A DNA stretch of 64,000 bases from Octopus vulgaris (Eukaryota), in assembly GCA_951406725.2 (NCBI GenBank), contig OX597821.1, positions 64,480,001 through 64,544,000 on the forward strand. The letters are read 5' to 3'. A program made the translations under genes and the position numbers. The notes beneath the pieces were generated by a model, which was not told the origin of the DNA, did not search any database, and saw only the letters and a list, made by a program, of their open reading frames with translations. Positions 12,858 through 24,539 of this stretch are shown here, piece after piece; the first letter of the stretch is position 1; the number at the start of each line of letters is the position of its first letter.

Positions 12858-14689
12858 TAATAAATGCCAATGTTATTATATCCAAAAAATAAAATACCAT
12901 AAATAAAATACAAAAAATATAATACTATAGATAAATGCAGCTTAAAATATATATCATAAAACACAGTTCCTGGATTACTGCTGTATGTATAAATATAAAA
13001 GTTATTGAGGAAAGTTATTTAAAGGAATGTAAACAAAATTATCAAAGAAGTTCAAAAGTCCAACGTAACATAACAGACATATTTGATACGAAACATAGAA
13101 TGGCTGGAGATAAGTGCTGTTGCGGAAGTTAAAAAATCTTATAAAATATTTTTTAATGATTTTTGAGAAAATACTTGGGATATTTTGAATTCAATATTTG
13201 TTGCATATCAAAGAAGAAAAAGGTGTTTTTAACGAGTGTGATTATTAAGAGTATAATCAACAGAATGCCAAAACGATGGCACGTCAAAAGGGTTTGAAAA
13301 GATAAGTTGTATTAAGATCCAGTAGAATTACGTTAGTAATTTCATTAAAAAATTAACAGTTCAGTGGTAATATATACGTCTGGCGGTAAATAATTGCAAA
13401 GTAAGAATTTCGATGCGTGTCTGTAAGAATTCAGGCATGTTGATGAAATAAATGCTTTCAACAAAATTTTAAAAAAGTCTTTCACACACACATGCACACG
13501 CACGCACAGAGGTAAGTGCAAACATAGATACACATAAGCACAAACTCACAAACACACTCACACGAGCACGTCTGCATACGCACATATGAGTGTTTAATAC
13601 TATATGCATAGCTAAAACCAGGAAATAAGAAGATAACGTGAGATTTTATGAATTCCCTGTATGTTGTGAGAAAAAACTTTGGTAACGGCAATTTCTGTGT
13701 TATAAATATGAGAGACCATACCAATAACCTGAACCTGGCAATTAAAAAGAATTAAGCCGTAATAATGCATTTAGGTAGTGATAAACGTAGATAAAATCTC
13801 ATGTTTACATGTCAGTTGAGATGAAATTTAAAATGTGGTTTGTGTTTACAAGATTATTTATCTTGTATCAGAGGATTTTACACTCGTTCCTGAAATTATC
13901 CGACTTTAACACGGCATTTGATCGACAACAGTTAAACAAAATTTATTTATTTCTGCGTGAATGTTCGATGAAAAAGAATTGTAACTTTATAGGAAGATGA
14001 TGTTAAGTGTTAATCCATTTTCGTATAGTGAGTGAGAAGGGATAAAAATACAAGACCTCCTCCTGGTGGTTTATATTTAAGAATATTAATATATAATACG
14101 GGTGTTTGTTGTGATTGTATCAAAAGTTAATAAGGAAGAGTTTGAGCGAGCGAGACAAATCGTGATTCGTTGGTCCACAAGTGAACGTTGAGTGTCATGC
14201 TCAAGTAAATTTTACAGATTCAAATCAATGGTGAGAAAAATTTATATGTAAATTAAGCATTGTATCTGTTAAAGATTGTCTCAATTGTGAAAAGTTATAT
14301 TGTTGTACTTATTTTTCGTTAAACACCAACAGCTTCAATAATTAATTCTAGAATTGGTGGGCACATAAGATACATAGTTTGCCATATCAACAAATTATAG
14401 ATAAGTCTAATTATTTGGGTTTTTTTTACATAAAAAATAAAGATTTTAAATCATAACGTTGAAGGGAGGAAATAGATCTACAATTAGTAACTATAATACA
14501 AGTTTAAAATAATTTTAGCAAGATAATATTTCTTAAATCTGATAAGCGGAAAACCTGTAGCAAATTGCTAAGCATGTGTAATATATAGTTTCCAGAAATT
14601 TGATAATGAATGCATAAAAATAATAACACACTGCTTTAAATTAATATCCGCGGTCAAATGATTCATAATGGCTTAAATGTTGATTCTTT

Positions 14690-14905
14690 GTAAATTTGGT
14701 TCAAGACTGACAATTTTGAGAGCAGGACAATAGTCTATTACATCGATCCCAGAGCTCAACTGGAACTTATTTCATTGACCCCGTAAGGATGAACAGATTA
14801 AGTCAACCTCGGTGGATTTTGAATCTAGAAAGTAAAATGCCGGAAGAAATGTGCTTCTAAGTAGTTGTCCAGTGTGCAAACGACTTTGCTAACTCGGCAG
14901 CTTAT
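14690..14905 (-). mobile_element. Old SINE family B copy
   Basis: Diverged CATCGATCCCAG...CTTATTTCATTGACCCCGTAAGGATGAA...AAGTCAACCTCGGTGGATTTTGAA. Confidence 0.7.
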
Positions 14906-15344
14906 GGCTGAGAAATTAATAGCTACACCTGAATTGATTACATTTAAACAACTATAATTTAACTTTGAAGATTATCAGAATATTCAGAAGCTGAAAGGAC
15001 GGAACAAATATTGCAAGTCGTTTTAACCGAACACACCAAGTTCGCCAATTCACTATTATAAGAGTAAGGGTTGTTTTATTGACCTGAATATCTTACACTT
15101 CTATAAATTCGCTATAAAATAAGAATAATAGTTTTTATAGACATAAGGTATGATAGTTGCAAGGGAGGTGAATTGCTGATTATATTTGAATTCAGTATTC
15201 TACTGGTAGTTAGATTTTACTAACACCCAAAAAAGAAAGGCAGATGAATACAGTAAAATGTGAACTGAGAGAGTAAAGCGTTGCAAATAAATATTCCACG
15301 GTATTGAGTGCGATGCGCTAACAGTTATATCAATAATTGGAATA

Positions 15345-16455
15345 TTGGTTTCAAATTTTGGCACAGGGTCAGTAATTTCAGAGGAGTAGGTAAGTCGATT
15401 ACATCGAACCCAGCACTCTACTGGTACTTGTTATACCGACCTGTAAGGATAGAAGGCAAAATCGACCTCGGCTTTATTTGAACAGAGACAAACGAAATAC
15501 ACAAACCATTTTGCCTGGCAAGCTAACAATTCTTTTCTACTCTAGGCACAAGGCTGGAAATTTTGGGGGAGGGGGCCAGCCGATTAGATCGACCACAGTA
15601 CGCAACTGGTGCTTAATCTATCGACACCGAAAGGATGAAAGGCAAAGTCGACCTCGTAAAGACACGAAATACCTACTTCTTTACTACTCACAAGGGGCTA
15701 AACACAGAGAGGACAAACAAGGACAGACAAACAGATTAAGTCGATTATATCGACCCCAGTGTGTACCTGGTACTTATTTAATCGACCCCAAAAGATGAAA
15801 GGCAAAGTCGATCTGGGCAGAATTTGAACACAGAACGTAACAGTAGACGAAATACCGCTAAGCATTTGAACTGGTGTGCTAACGGTTCTTATTTCTTTAC
15901 TGCCCACAAGGGGCTACACACAGAGGGGACAACCAAGGATAGACAAACGGATTAAGTCGTTTATATCGACCCCGCCCCCGAAAGGAATTTAATCGACCTC
16001 CGAGGAATTTGAACTCAGAACGTAGAGGCTGACGAAATACCTATTTCTTTACTACCCACAAGGGGCTAAACACAGAGAGGATAAACAAGGACAGACAAAC
16101 GGATTAAGTCGATTATATCGATCTCAGTGCGTAACTGGTACTTATTTAATTGACCGCGAAAGGATGAAAGGCAAAGTCGACCTCGGCGAAATTTGAACTC
16201 AGAACGTAAAGACAGACGAAATACCTATTTCTTTACTACCCACAAGGGGCTAAACACAGAGAGGACAAACAAGGATAGACAAACAGATTAAGTCGATTAT
16301 ATCGACCCCAGTGCGTAACTGTTACTTAATTTATCGACCCCAAAAGGATGAAAGGCAAAGTCGACTCGGTGGAATTTGAACTCAGAACGTAACGGCAGAC
16401 GAAATACCGCTAAGCATTTCGCCCGGCGTGCTAACAATTGTGCGAGCTCACCACC

Positions 16456-16457
<2 letters not shown>
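15345..16457 (-). mobile_element. Six-unit nested array of SINE family B
   Basis: Single head at 16457; junctions at about 16225, 16041, 15889, 15673 and 15530. Confidence 0.9.
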
Positions 16458-16520
<63 letters not shown>

Positions 16521-16534
16521 TATTAATAATAAAA

Positions 16535-16800
16535 GATGGGCTACAGCAAATATTATGCTGAATACCACAAATTTACTTGTCACTTGTTTGTCCATAACCA
16601 GTTGAGCATGTCCCTTAGTGGCTGATGATATGTGCATCTCTGGTCACGAGCAAGAGTAGTGGGGGAGCATCACAGCCGTGTGTTGAAAGAAGTTCTTATA
16701 AATTTGGATAATTCACATGGGTGGTTTGTTCAACATCCTTAAACATTCCTCATTCAGGGACCTTTTGAGCGGGATGGGCTACTCGTCCAGAAGAAAATTC
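16535..16800. mobile_element. Interspersed repeat family E next to (AAT)n
   Basis: Homologous, in opposite orientation, to 28376-28598. Confidence 0.6.
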
Positions 16801-16960
16801 CACAAAAGAACACAACAACGCGAGGACGTGGAACAAATATAGTATTATTGGACGCTCAGGAAGGAAGGAAAGAAGGAGGGCTTAACGTTTCGAGCGGAGC
16901 TCTTCATCGGAAACATAGGAGAAGGAAAGATTCAGAGAAGGGAAGACAGAGGAAAAAAAA
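16800..16960 (-). mobile_element. PLE-type pseudo-LTR fragment with minimal hammerhead-like motif (16878-16915)
   Basis: Minus: CCGATGA A GAGC TCC GCTC GAAA CG TTA; homologue at 24540-24715. Confidence 0.6.
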
Positions 16961-16964
16961 ACGA

Positions 16965-17125
16965 ACTTCTTTCAGTTTCCGCCTACCAAATCCAATCACC
17001 AGGCTTTGGTCGGCCCGAAGCTATAGTAGAAGATGCTTGCCCAATGTGTCATATAGTGGGACTGAACCCGGAATCATGTGGTTGATAAGCAAGCTAATAA
17101 AACACACGGCCAATCCTACGCCGGT
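16965..17125 (-). mobile_element. SINE family A, 5' half
   Basis: Reverse match to family A. Confidence 0.85.
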
Positions 17126-17387
17126 AATGTTTATAAACCAAGTCGATTTAGTTTACATTTTGTTTCAGAAATAACGTAAAAGCTTCACTAGATTATGAAA
17201 ATGACTCACAGCTTGTTATTAATACAACTGCACCGCTACTTTGCAACAGGTCAATGCTGCCACTGCTACTGCTGCTGCTACATCTCTTCCTCTGCCTTCG
17301 CCTCGTAGTCATCGTTATCTGCATGTTTATATTCGTAATAAACATAATCATTACGATCGCCAGCATCATCGTCGTAATCGTCATTAG

Positions 17388-18435
17388 ACAGGATTGGCTG
17401 TGTGGGTTAAGAAGCTCGCTTCGGTTTCTATCCCACTGCGGGGCACCTTCAGCAAACGTCTTCTATAGTCCCAGGTAATCGGTGTATTTGTGTGAGAAGA
17501 ATTTGGGAGACGAAAACTGTGTGTATATCTAACGTGTGTGTGTGTGAATGTGTGTTTGTGTGTGAGCATGTGTGAGTGTCTGTGTTTGTGAATGTGCATG
17601 TGTGTGTGTGTGTGTATGTGCATGTGTTTGTGTGTGTGTATGTGAGAGCGTGTGTTTGTGTGTGTGCGTGTTTGTGAGTGTGTATGTATGTGAGCATGTG
17701 TGTCTGTTGTTTTTTGTGATTGTTTATGTGAGAGTGTGCTTCTGTGTATGTATGTGTATGTGTTTGTGTATGTATGTGAGCATGTGTGTCTGTGTGTGTT
17801 TTTCTGTGTGTGTATATGTATGTGTGTGTATATGTATGTGTGTGTATATAAGCGTGTGTGTTTGTGTGTATGAGTTTGTGAGTGTGTGTATGCGCGTGTG
17901 TCTTTGTGTGTGTGTATGTGAGCGTGTGTATTTGCATGTGTGTGTTTGTGTGTATGTATGTGAGTGTGTGTATTTGTGTGTGTGTTTGTATGTTTGTGTA
18001 TGTTCGTGTGTGTGTGAGTGTGCGTATGTGTCTATGTGTGTGTATGTGTGTGAGTGTGCGTATGTGTGTGTGCATGCATCAGGAAGAACCAGCGTGGCGC
18101 CCAACGTTACGCTGAATCTCCCTGAGAACTACATTAAGGATACGCGTGTCTGTGGAAGGCTCAGCCACTTGCACATTAATTACACGAGCAGACCGTTCTT
18201 TTGATCGAATCAACTGGAACACTCATCGTCGTAACCGACGGAGTGCCACTCTATCTCTGATTAACAACTGGTGTTAGTTTGTTTACGTCTCTATAACTTA
18301 GCGGTTCAGCAAAATGATTGATTAAACAATTACCAAACCTTGAATAAATATAAGTAGGAGGATACTCTTTTTCAGCTAAAAACTTCCATAGAAATGCCCC
18401 AGCATGGGCTGAGTCCAGGAACTGCACCAAGTAAG
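17388..18435 (+). mobile_element. Old family A SINE with ~540-bp (GT)-rich internal expansion and an inserted family D tail (18100-18250)
   Basis: 5' half 17388-17525 and 3' half 18260-18435 match family A; 18100-18250 matches 60995-61133. Confidence 0.75.
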
Positions 18436-18499
18436 ATCATCACAGTCATAGTCGTAAGCATACTCATACCGTTATGATGATCCTAACCGTATTGTCTTT

Positions 18500-18939
18500 G
18501 GCTTCTTCTTCTTTTTCTTCTTCTTTTTCTTCCTTCTTCTTCTTTCTTCCTCCTCTTCTCTTCTCCTTCTTCTTCTTCCTCCTCTTCTTCTTCTTCTTCT
18601 TCTTCTTCATTCTTCTCCTCCATCATCTTTTTCTTCTTCTTCTTCTTCTTCTTCTTCTACTCCTCCTCCATCTTCTTCTTCTCCTCCATCATCTTCTCCT
18701 TCTCCTCCATCATTTTCTTCTTCTTCTTCTCCTTCTTCTCCTCTATCATTTTCTCCTTCTCCTCCATCATCTTCTTCTTCTTCGTCTTCTTCTTTTTCGT
18801 CTCCTTCTTCTTCTTCTTCTTCTTCTTCTTCTTTTCTTCTTCTTCATCTTGTTCTTGTTGTTTTTCTTCTTCTTCATCATCATCTTCTTCTAACTCCTCC
18901 TCCTCCTTTTCTTCTTCTTTTCCTTCTCCTCCTCCCTCT

Positions 18940-18972
<33 letters not shown>

Positions 18973-19045
18973 CCTTTCTCTTCTTCTTCTTCTTCTTCTT
19001 CTTCTTCTTCTTCTTCTTCTTCTTCTTTTTCCTTCTACTCCTTCT
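18500..19045. repeat. (TTC/TCC)n pyrimidine triplet repeat
   Basis: Directly visible. Confidence 0.95.
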
Positions 19046-19411
19046 TAAATGGTTCTGGTTGAATCAATAGATGATCAATACTGCTGATCGATTTAAACTC
19101 CCTGAATGGCTGCAACATGACTTGCATTGAAATTCAAAATGTCTGCCGGCCACTTGTCAGAAATGTTAAAGCGTCTGCCGGATAGAACGCCTTGTGGTCC
19201 TTTGTGTTTTGCCTTCGAATCTCGCCGTTGACAACTTTGCGTTTCATCTAACCGCGATCGATTAAATAATGTCCCAGTAAACTAATGCAATACTTTTCTG
19301 TCTGACTTTCTTTCTTTCTTTTACTTTCTTTATTCCTTCCTTTCTTTCTTTCTTTCTTTCTTTCATTTTTCTTTATTCTTCCTTTCTCTCCTTTTCATCG
19401 TTTGTTCTTTT

Positions 19412-19444
<33 letters not shown>

Positions 19445-19479
19445 TTGTCTGTCTGTCTTTCTGCCTATCTCTCGATCTG

Positions 19480-19712
19480 GCGGTGAGCTGGCAGAAACGT
19501 TTAGCTCGCCGGGCGAAATGCGTAGCCGTATTTCGTCTGCCGTTACGTTCTGAGTTCAAATTCCGCCGAGGTCGACTTTGCCTTTCATCCTTTCGGGGTC
19601 GATAAATTAAGTACCAGTTACGCACTGGGGTTGATGTAATCGACTTAATCCGTTTGTCTGTCCTTGTTTGTCCCCTCTGTGTTTAGCCCCTTGTGGGTAA
19701 TAAAGAGATATA
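19480..19712 (+). mobile_element. Single full-length SINE family B (LINE-tail variant) with 14-bp TSD
   Basis: TSD TATCTCTCGATCTG at 19466-19479 and 19713-19726; lies in a (TATC)n/(TGTC)n tract. Confidence 0.92.
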
Positions 19713-19811
19713 TATCTCTCGATCTGTCTGACTGTCTGTCGGGCTTTCTCACTGTCTCACTCTCTTTCTCTCTCTCCCTCCCTCCATTTCTGTCTGTCTA
19801 TCTGATCTCAG

Positions 19812-19876
<65 letters not shown>

Positions 19877-20094
19877 AATCATCTTTCACGTTCCTGTGAT
19901 CTCTGATTCTTTCAGTCATCCAAATTGTGCTTGAAGTAACGGGACCAATAAACTATCAGATGTAAAACTTGATTAGAATTGGTAACGTAAGCATGTCAAA
20001 CGCAACACTTCTTTTAAAATTGAACTTACTTTTGCTACTACTGAATTTATCTCAATTGGTTGATGTTACAAATATATCAATAATATTATTATAC

Positions 20095-20270
20095 ATGTGG
20101 TTTAGCACGCAGGACAAGATGTTTAGCGGCATTTCCTCCGCCTTTACGTTCTGAATTGAAATTCCATCGAGGTCGTCTTTGCCTTTCATCCTTTCGGAGA
20201 TGAGTATTGGGGCCGATGTAATTAACACTTCCCACAAAAATTTGCTGGCCCAGTGAAAAAATTTGAAACC
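20095..20270 (+). mobile_element. Old SINE family B copy
   Basis: TTAGCACGC...GAAATTCCATCGAGGTCGTCTTTGCCTTTCATCCTTTCGG. Confidence 0.75.
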
Positions 20271-20503
20271 ATGATATAGAGTATGTTCTATCATTGTCTA
20301 TCTTCCTTTTGGCTTCAATGTTTTGTCTGCTGATATGTGATTGATTTGAAATATACTCTCAAAGCTTAATCATAGGTCCTAGCTACATTTTTTTATATCG
20401 AATGCAGTATATGACTGGTATTTTTAGTAACTCCAGAAAGATGATAGAGAAAGATTTTAGCAGTGAAACTTGAACTAAGAAGCTAAATAGGCGCAAATGT
20501 AGG

Positions 20504-20720
20504 CATATCACGCTTCACCTATCGCGGTTCACCTAAAACGGTTTAAACTTATGTCGATTACTTCGTGGTGCTGTTTTGCCTTTATAGTAAAATAAATATA
20601 TACAAATTATAAAAGTGATAAAATATATATATACAGAACAGTACTGTTTCTACTTCGCGGATTTTCACCTCTCGCGGACATTTTTGGCACGTAACACCCG
20701 CGATAGTTGAGGGATTACTG
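20504..20720. mobile_element. Tc1/mariner (pogo/Tigger-like) MITE remnant
   Basis: Right end CCGCGATAGTTGAGGGATTACTG|TA; partial left end CACCTATCGCGG. Confidence 0.55.
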
Positions 20721-20797
20721 TAAAGCAAGACATTTCGTCCTTCGCTCGATGACTTCCACCATTTAACTGATTTGCATTGCACAATTATATTAACAGT

Positions 20798-21040
20798 GGA
20801 GGTGCGTGGCTTAGTGAATATGGTGTTAATTTTATGATCGTAAGATTGTGCTTTCGATTCTCTGAAGAAGCAACGAGTTGTGTTCTTGGGCAAAACTTTT
20901 CATTTCACGTTGCTCCAATCCGACCAGCTCTCAAAAATGAGTGAGCCTACGATGGACCGACGCCCCATCCTGGTGGGAAGATATACGCCACAGAATCTGG
21001 AAACCGGATTTATGAGTCTATAGGACTCGTGAAAGATCTT
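20798..21040 (+). mobile_element. Old SINE: family D head and core with the tail found on family C
   Basis: GTTGTGTTCTTGGGCAAAACTTTTCATTTCACGTTGCTCC (as at 60887) followed by CCTACGATGGACCGACGCCCCATCC...ATACGCCACAGAA (as at 12121). Confidence 0.75.
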
Positions 21041-21060
21041 TATTCTTTATCCGATAATCA

Positions 21061-21427
21061 TCTCTCTATATATAAACGGCAAAATGTATGTCTGTGTGTG
21101 TGTCTTTTATACAAATTCACAATTTTTCGGTTAGAGGGCTCGCACTTTCTATAGTCATTCAAAACCGTCCAAGAGTGGTCGTGCACATCTTTACATTTCC
21201 TCCGCCACCCCGTAAAGCCATTAAAAATCAACAGAAGTGACATTTTTGTGAATTTTCTATCCAAAACCCAATCAAAATGCCCGAAACTTGATACGTCAAT
21301 TGAATGCCAGTTAGCTGTGTGTGAGTGGTCGGAGATTTGGACAGTACTCGCGTGTATGTGTGCACGCACGCAGCTGTAAATGCATGCCCTAGCACTATGA
21401 CCCGGCGTTGCCCGGTCATAGTGCTAG
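21061..21427 (+). mobile_element. Non-autonomous Helitron
   Basis: A|TCTCTCTATATATAAA ... GC-rich subterminal hairpin ... CTAG|T; inserted between A and T, no TSD. Confidence 0.85.
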
Positions 21428-21987
21428 TATCAATTAATCGTCAAAACTAGTTTTTATGGCGCCATCCTACGTTCAGCACAGCATATTTATGGATTACCTA
21501 TCTGGAAAGAAAGCAGTGGCCATGACTTCTTAACAGAATTGCTTGCAGTACCAGATGCGACTAGAGAACATCTTTCAAACCAAAATAATAAAGTGTATAC
21601 AGTTAAATGAACCTAATAACCTGGCAAGGATGTTATGCCAGACAAAAGATTAATCATACCGCCTATACTTAGAAGCAATACTACAAAAACTGAAAACAAA
21701 AAGGCGTTTAGATTTATGCGTAATTCAACAGACTACAGCTGCGAAAATTACACGTACATCAACAGCCAGAAACGTAAACATATGGCAGTTTTAAAAGCAA
21801 ATTCTAAAACATCGTCTTTCCCCATTTGGTCTAGACAAATACGAAATACATATGTCTGTGTATTTTGTTTTGCTTTTTGGAATAATGCTCTGCCAAAATT
21901 TCATACCACACTGTATTAAAATATACTTATATATTCACTTTAAATCAATGATTAAAAAAATGTCGATAGTACATTGTATATATTATT

Positions 21988-22133
21988 TACATTATTTACA
22001 TTCGACGTATATTTGTCCCCTTCTTTGTTGTTAACACAACGTTTCGGCTGATGTACTGTCCAGCCTTCATAAGGTGTCTTGGGGAAATTTCGAACCTGGG
22101 TTCTCATTCCTAAGGCATTTTTCGATGTTGTTG

Positions 22134-22191
<58 letters not shown>

Positions 22192-22285
22192 GATTCAGGT
22201 CACTGCCTGGAATCGAACTCCGAATCTTGGGGTTAAGAGTGCGGGCTACTAACCTCAAGATTCCGAGATCGATTCCAGGCAGTGA

Positions 22286-22355
<70 letters not shown>

Positions 22356-22512
22356 AGCATCAAAAAATAACTTAGGAATGAGAACCTAGGTTCAAAATTT
22401 CCCCAAGACACCTGATGGAGGCTGGAGGGTTAACAACAAACAAGATGAGGACAAACGTCCGTCAAATGTAAATAATGTACATATTTCCTCATCTCTTAAA
22501 TATAGAACTGTA
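21988..22512. mobile_element. Head-to-head pair of tRNA-headed elements with (AAT)n and a hammerhead-like motif
   Basis: ~245-bp inverted arms; GGTTAAGAGTGCGGGCTACTAACC...GAGATCGATTCC head at the centre; hammerhead motif at 22033-22078 on minus. Confidence 0.8.
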
Positions 22513-22901
22513 ATATCGATAGATTTATGCTGCACATATTTTGTGTTTCATTATATTTGTATGTCATGGTAAACCCACAAAGAATACAGGAAGTTGCGTA
22601 GCAACCGATATCATTTTTTGTTTCGTCTTTATTGCGGTCGCAGTTGAAGTTTGCAATCGTGCAATAATAAATTGATGAGGAAAACAATCGCAAAAATATT
22701 CTAGTTCCACCCTGTATCCCCTCATACGTCGAATAATTTCATGGTAGCATGCGCACATGAAATAAGGTTTAATCGAAGAGCAAGATCTTTGATCCCCGCC
22801 TAAATGTTCCACTGACAAATATTCAGTTTGCATTGGAACTGGGTTTTAGTCGTTCAAGAAGAGGAAGGAGAAGAAGGAGTGGAGAAGAGCGAAAATAAAA
22901 T

Positions 22902-22916
22902 CTGCTGCTGCTGCTA

Positions 22917-22999
<83 letters not shown>

Positions 23000-23104
23000 G
23001 CAGCTGCTGCTGCTGCCACTACTACCACTACTACTACTAATACTTCTATGGCTGCTGCTATTGCAAGTGTTGTTGCTGGCACTAGCAAGAAGTACAAAAG
23101 CAAA

Positions 23105-23154
<50 letters not shown>

Positions 23155-23208
23155 AACTACTACTGCTACCACCACCACCAGTACTACTACTACTACTACT
23201 ACTACTAG
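22902..23208. repeat. (CTG)n/(CTA)n compound triplet repeat
   Basis: Directly visible. Confidence 0.95.
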
Positions 23209-23249
23209 TGGAATATAATAACTACAGCTACAAGTGGAGATATAAAAAT

Positions 23250-23395
23250 TAATCCTTTCTACTATAGACACGCTGCCTCAAAATTGGGTGGAGGCGGCTT
23301 ATCGCTTACATCGTTCCCAGTGCTCAGTTGCTACGTTATTCATCGACCCCGAAAGGTGAAAGGTGAAGTTGACCTCGTCGGCATTTGAACTAAAG
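23250..23395 (-). mobile_element. Old SINE family B, 3' part
   Basis: ATCGACCCCGAAAGGTGAAAGGTGAAGTTGACCTCGTCGGCATTTGAACT. Confidence 0.75.
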
Positions 23396-23899
23396 AAAGA
23401 CCAGAAATAATAATTGTACTAGCAAGTATAAGTAGAATCGAATATAGTAACAGCCCATGAGCACTTAACCAGTAAGAGCACAGATTTCAGCTGCCAGTGG
23501 GGTGATAAGAATATTCTCATGTATGTGAAACGGTATAAGCTTCTCAAGTTAGATATTGCTGCTGTAATACTGATTATAGTGAATGTGTCCATGGTATGCC
23601 TGTGTTGTGGCGCTGAAGAAGAAGCAATAACTCCTGAAATATGTATACACACCGATCAACTAGTTTTCTATCTTCCATCGCGTTGTTTACAAAGATGTAA
23701 TTGTATACGAAACGACGTAACTGTCAACGCTGACTTTAATTTCAGTAGACAGTCTATAGAGATAATATTAAAAAGTAATTGGATCACTCTGCCAACACAA
23801 GTAGGACACAGTTTTCTCGTAGAAGCCTTTAATATACTTGGTAGAATATTATGGTTGCATAACAAAATATGGTGTCCCTACTAGCAATTAATAAGTAGC

Positions 23900-24272
23900 C
23901 ATGGGAGTGGCTGCGTGAGAAGTAGCTTGCTTACAAACCATATGGTTCCGGGTTCAGTGCCATTGCGTGGCATATTGGGCAAGTGTCTTCTACTATAGCC
24001 TCGGGACGACCAAAGCCTTGTGAATTGATTTGGTAGACGGAAACTGAAAGAAGCCTGTCGTATATGTGTATATATATATATATATGAATGTGCGTGTGTG
24101 TATGTTTGTGTGTCTGTGTTTGTCCCTCCAACGTCGCTTGACAACCGATGCTGGTGTGCTTGCATCCCCGTAACTTAGCGGTTCGGCAAAACAGATCTAT
24201 AGAATAAGTACTAGGCTTGCAAAGATTAAGTCCTGGGGTCGATTTGACTAAAATTTGTAAAAGAGTAAATGA
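23900..24272 (+). mobile_element. SINE family A
   Basis: Match to family A head, body and partly deleted tail. Confidence 0.9.
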
Positions 24273-24339
24273 GTATACATATAGATATACACAATATACC
24301 CAGACGTACATACATACATATACATACATACATACATAC

Positions 24340-24520
24340 ATACATAAATACATGCATACATACATACATACATAAAAACATACATACATACATACATACA
24401 TACCCAGTCAATTCAAACAAAACATACATACATACACACATACATACATACATACATACATACCAAGTCAATTCAAATAAAACATACATACATACATACA
24501 TACCCCAGTCAATTTAAATA
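24340..24520. repeat. Three ~57-bp units, (CATA)n plus CCAGTCAATTCAAAYAAAA
   Basis: The motif recurs at about 24403, 24463 and 24505. Confidence 0.85.
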
Positions 24521-24539
24521 AACAAACAACTCAAGTAAA

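Noticed and set aside
15345-16457. Regular repeat array resembling CRISPR or a satellite
   Set aside because: Units are ~140-230-bp SINE copies with no unique spacers; eukaryotic context and no cas genes.
23419-23884. Non-repetitive ORFs on both strands (121, 77 and 65 aa)
   Set aside because: No recognisable motif or supported exon boundaries; a small exon cannot be excluded without transcript data.
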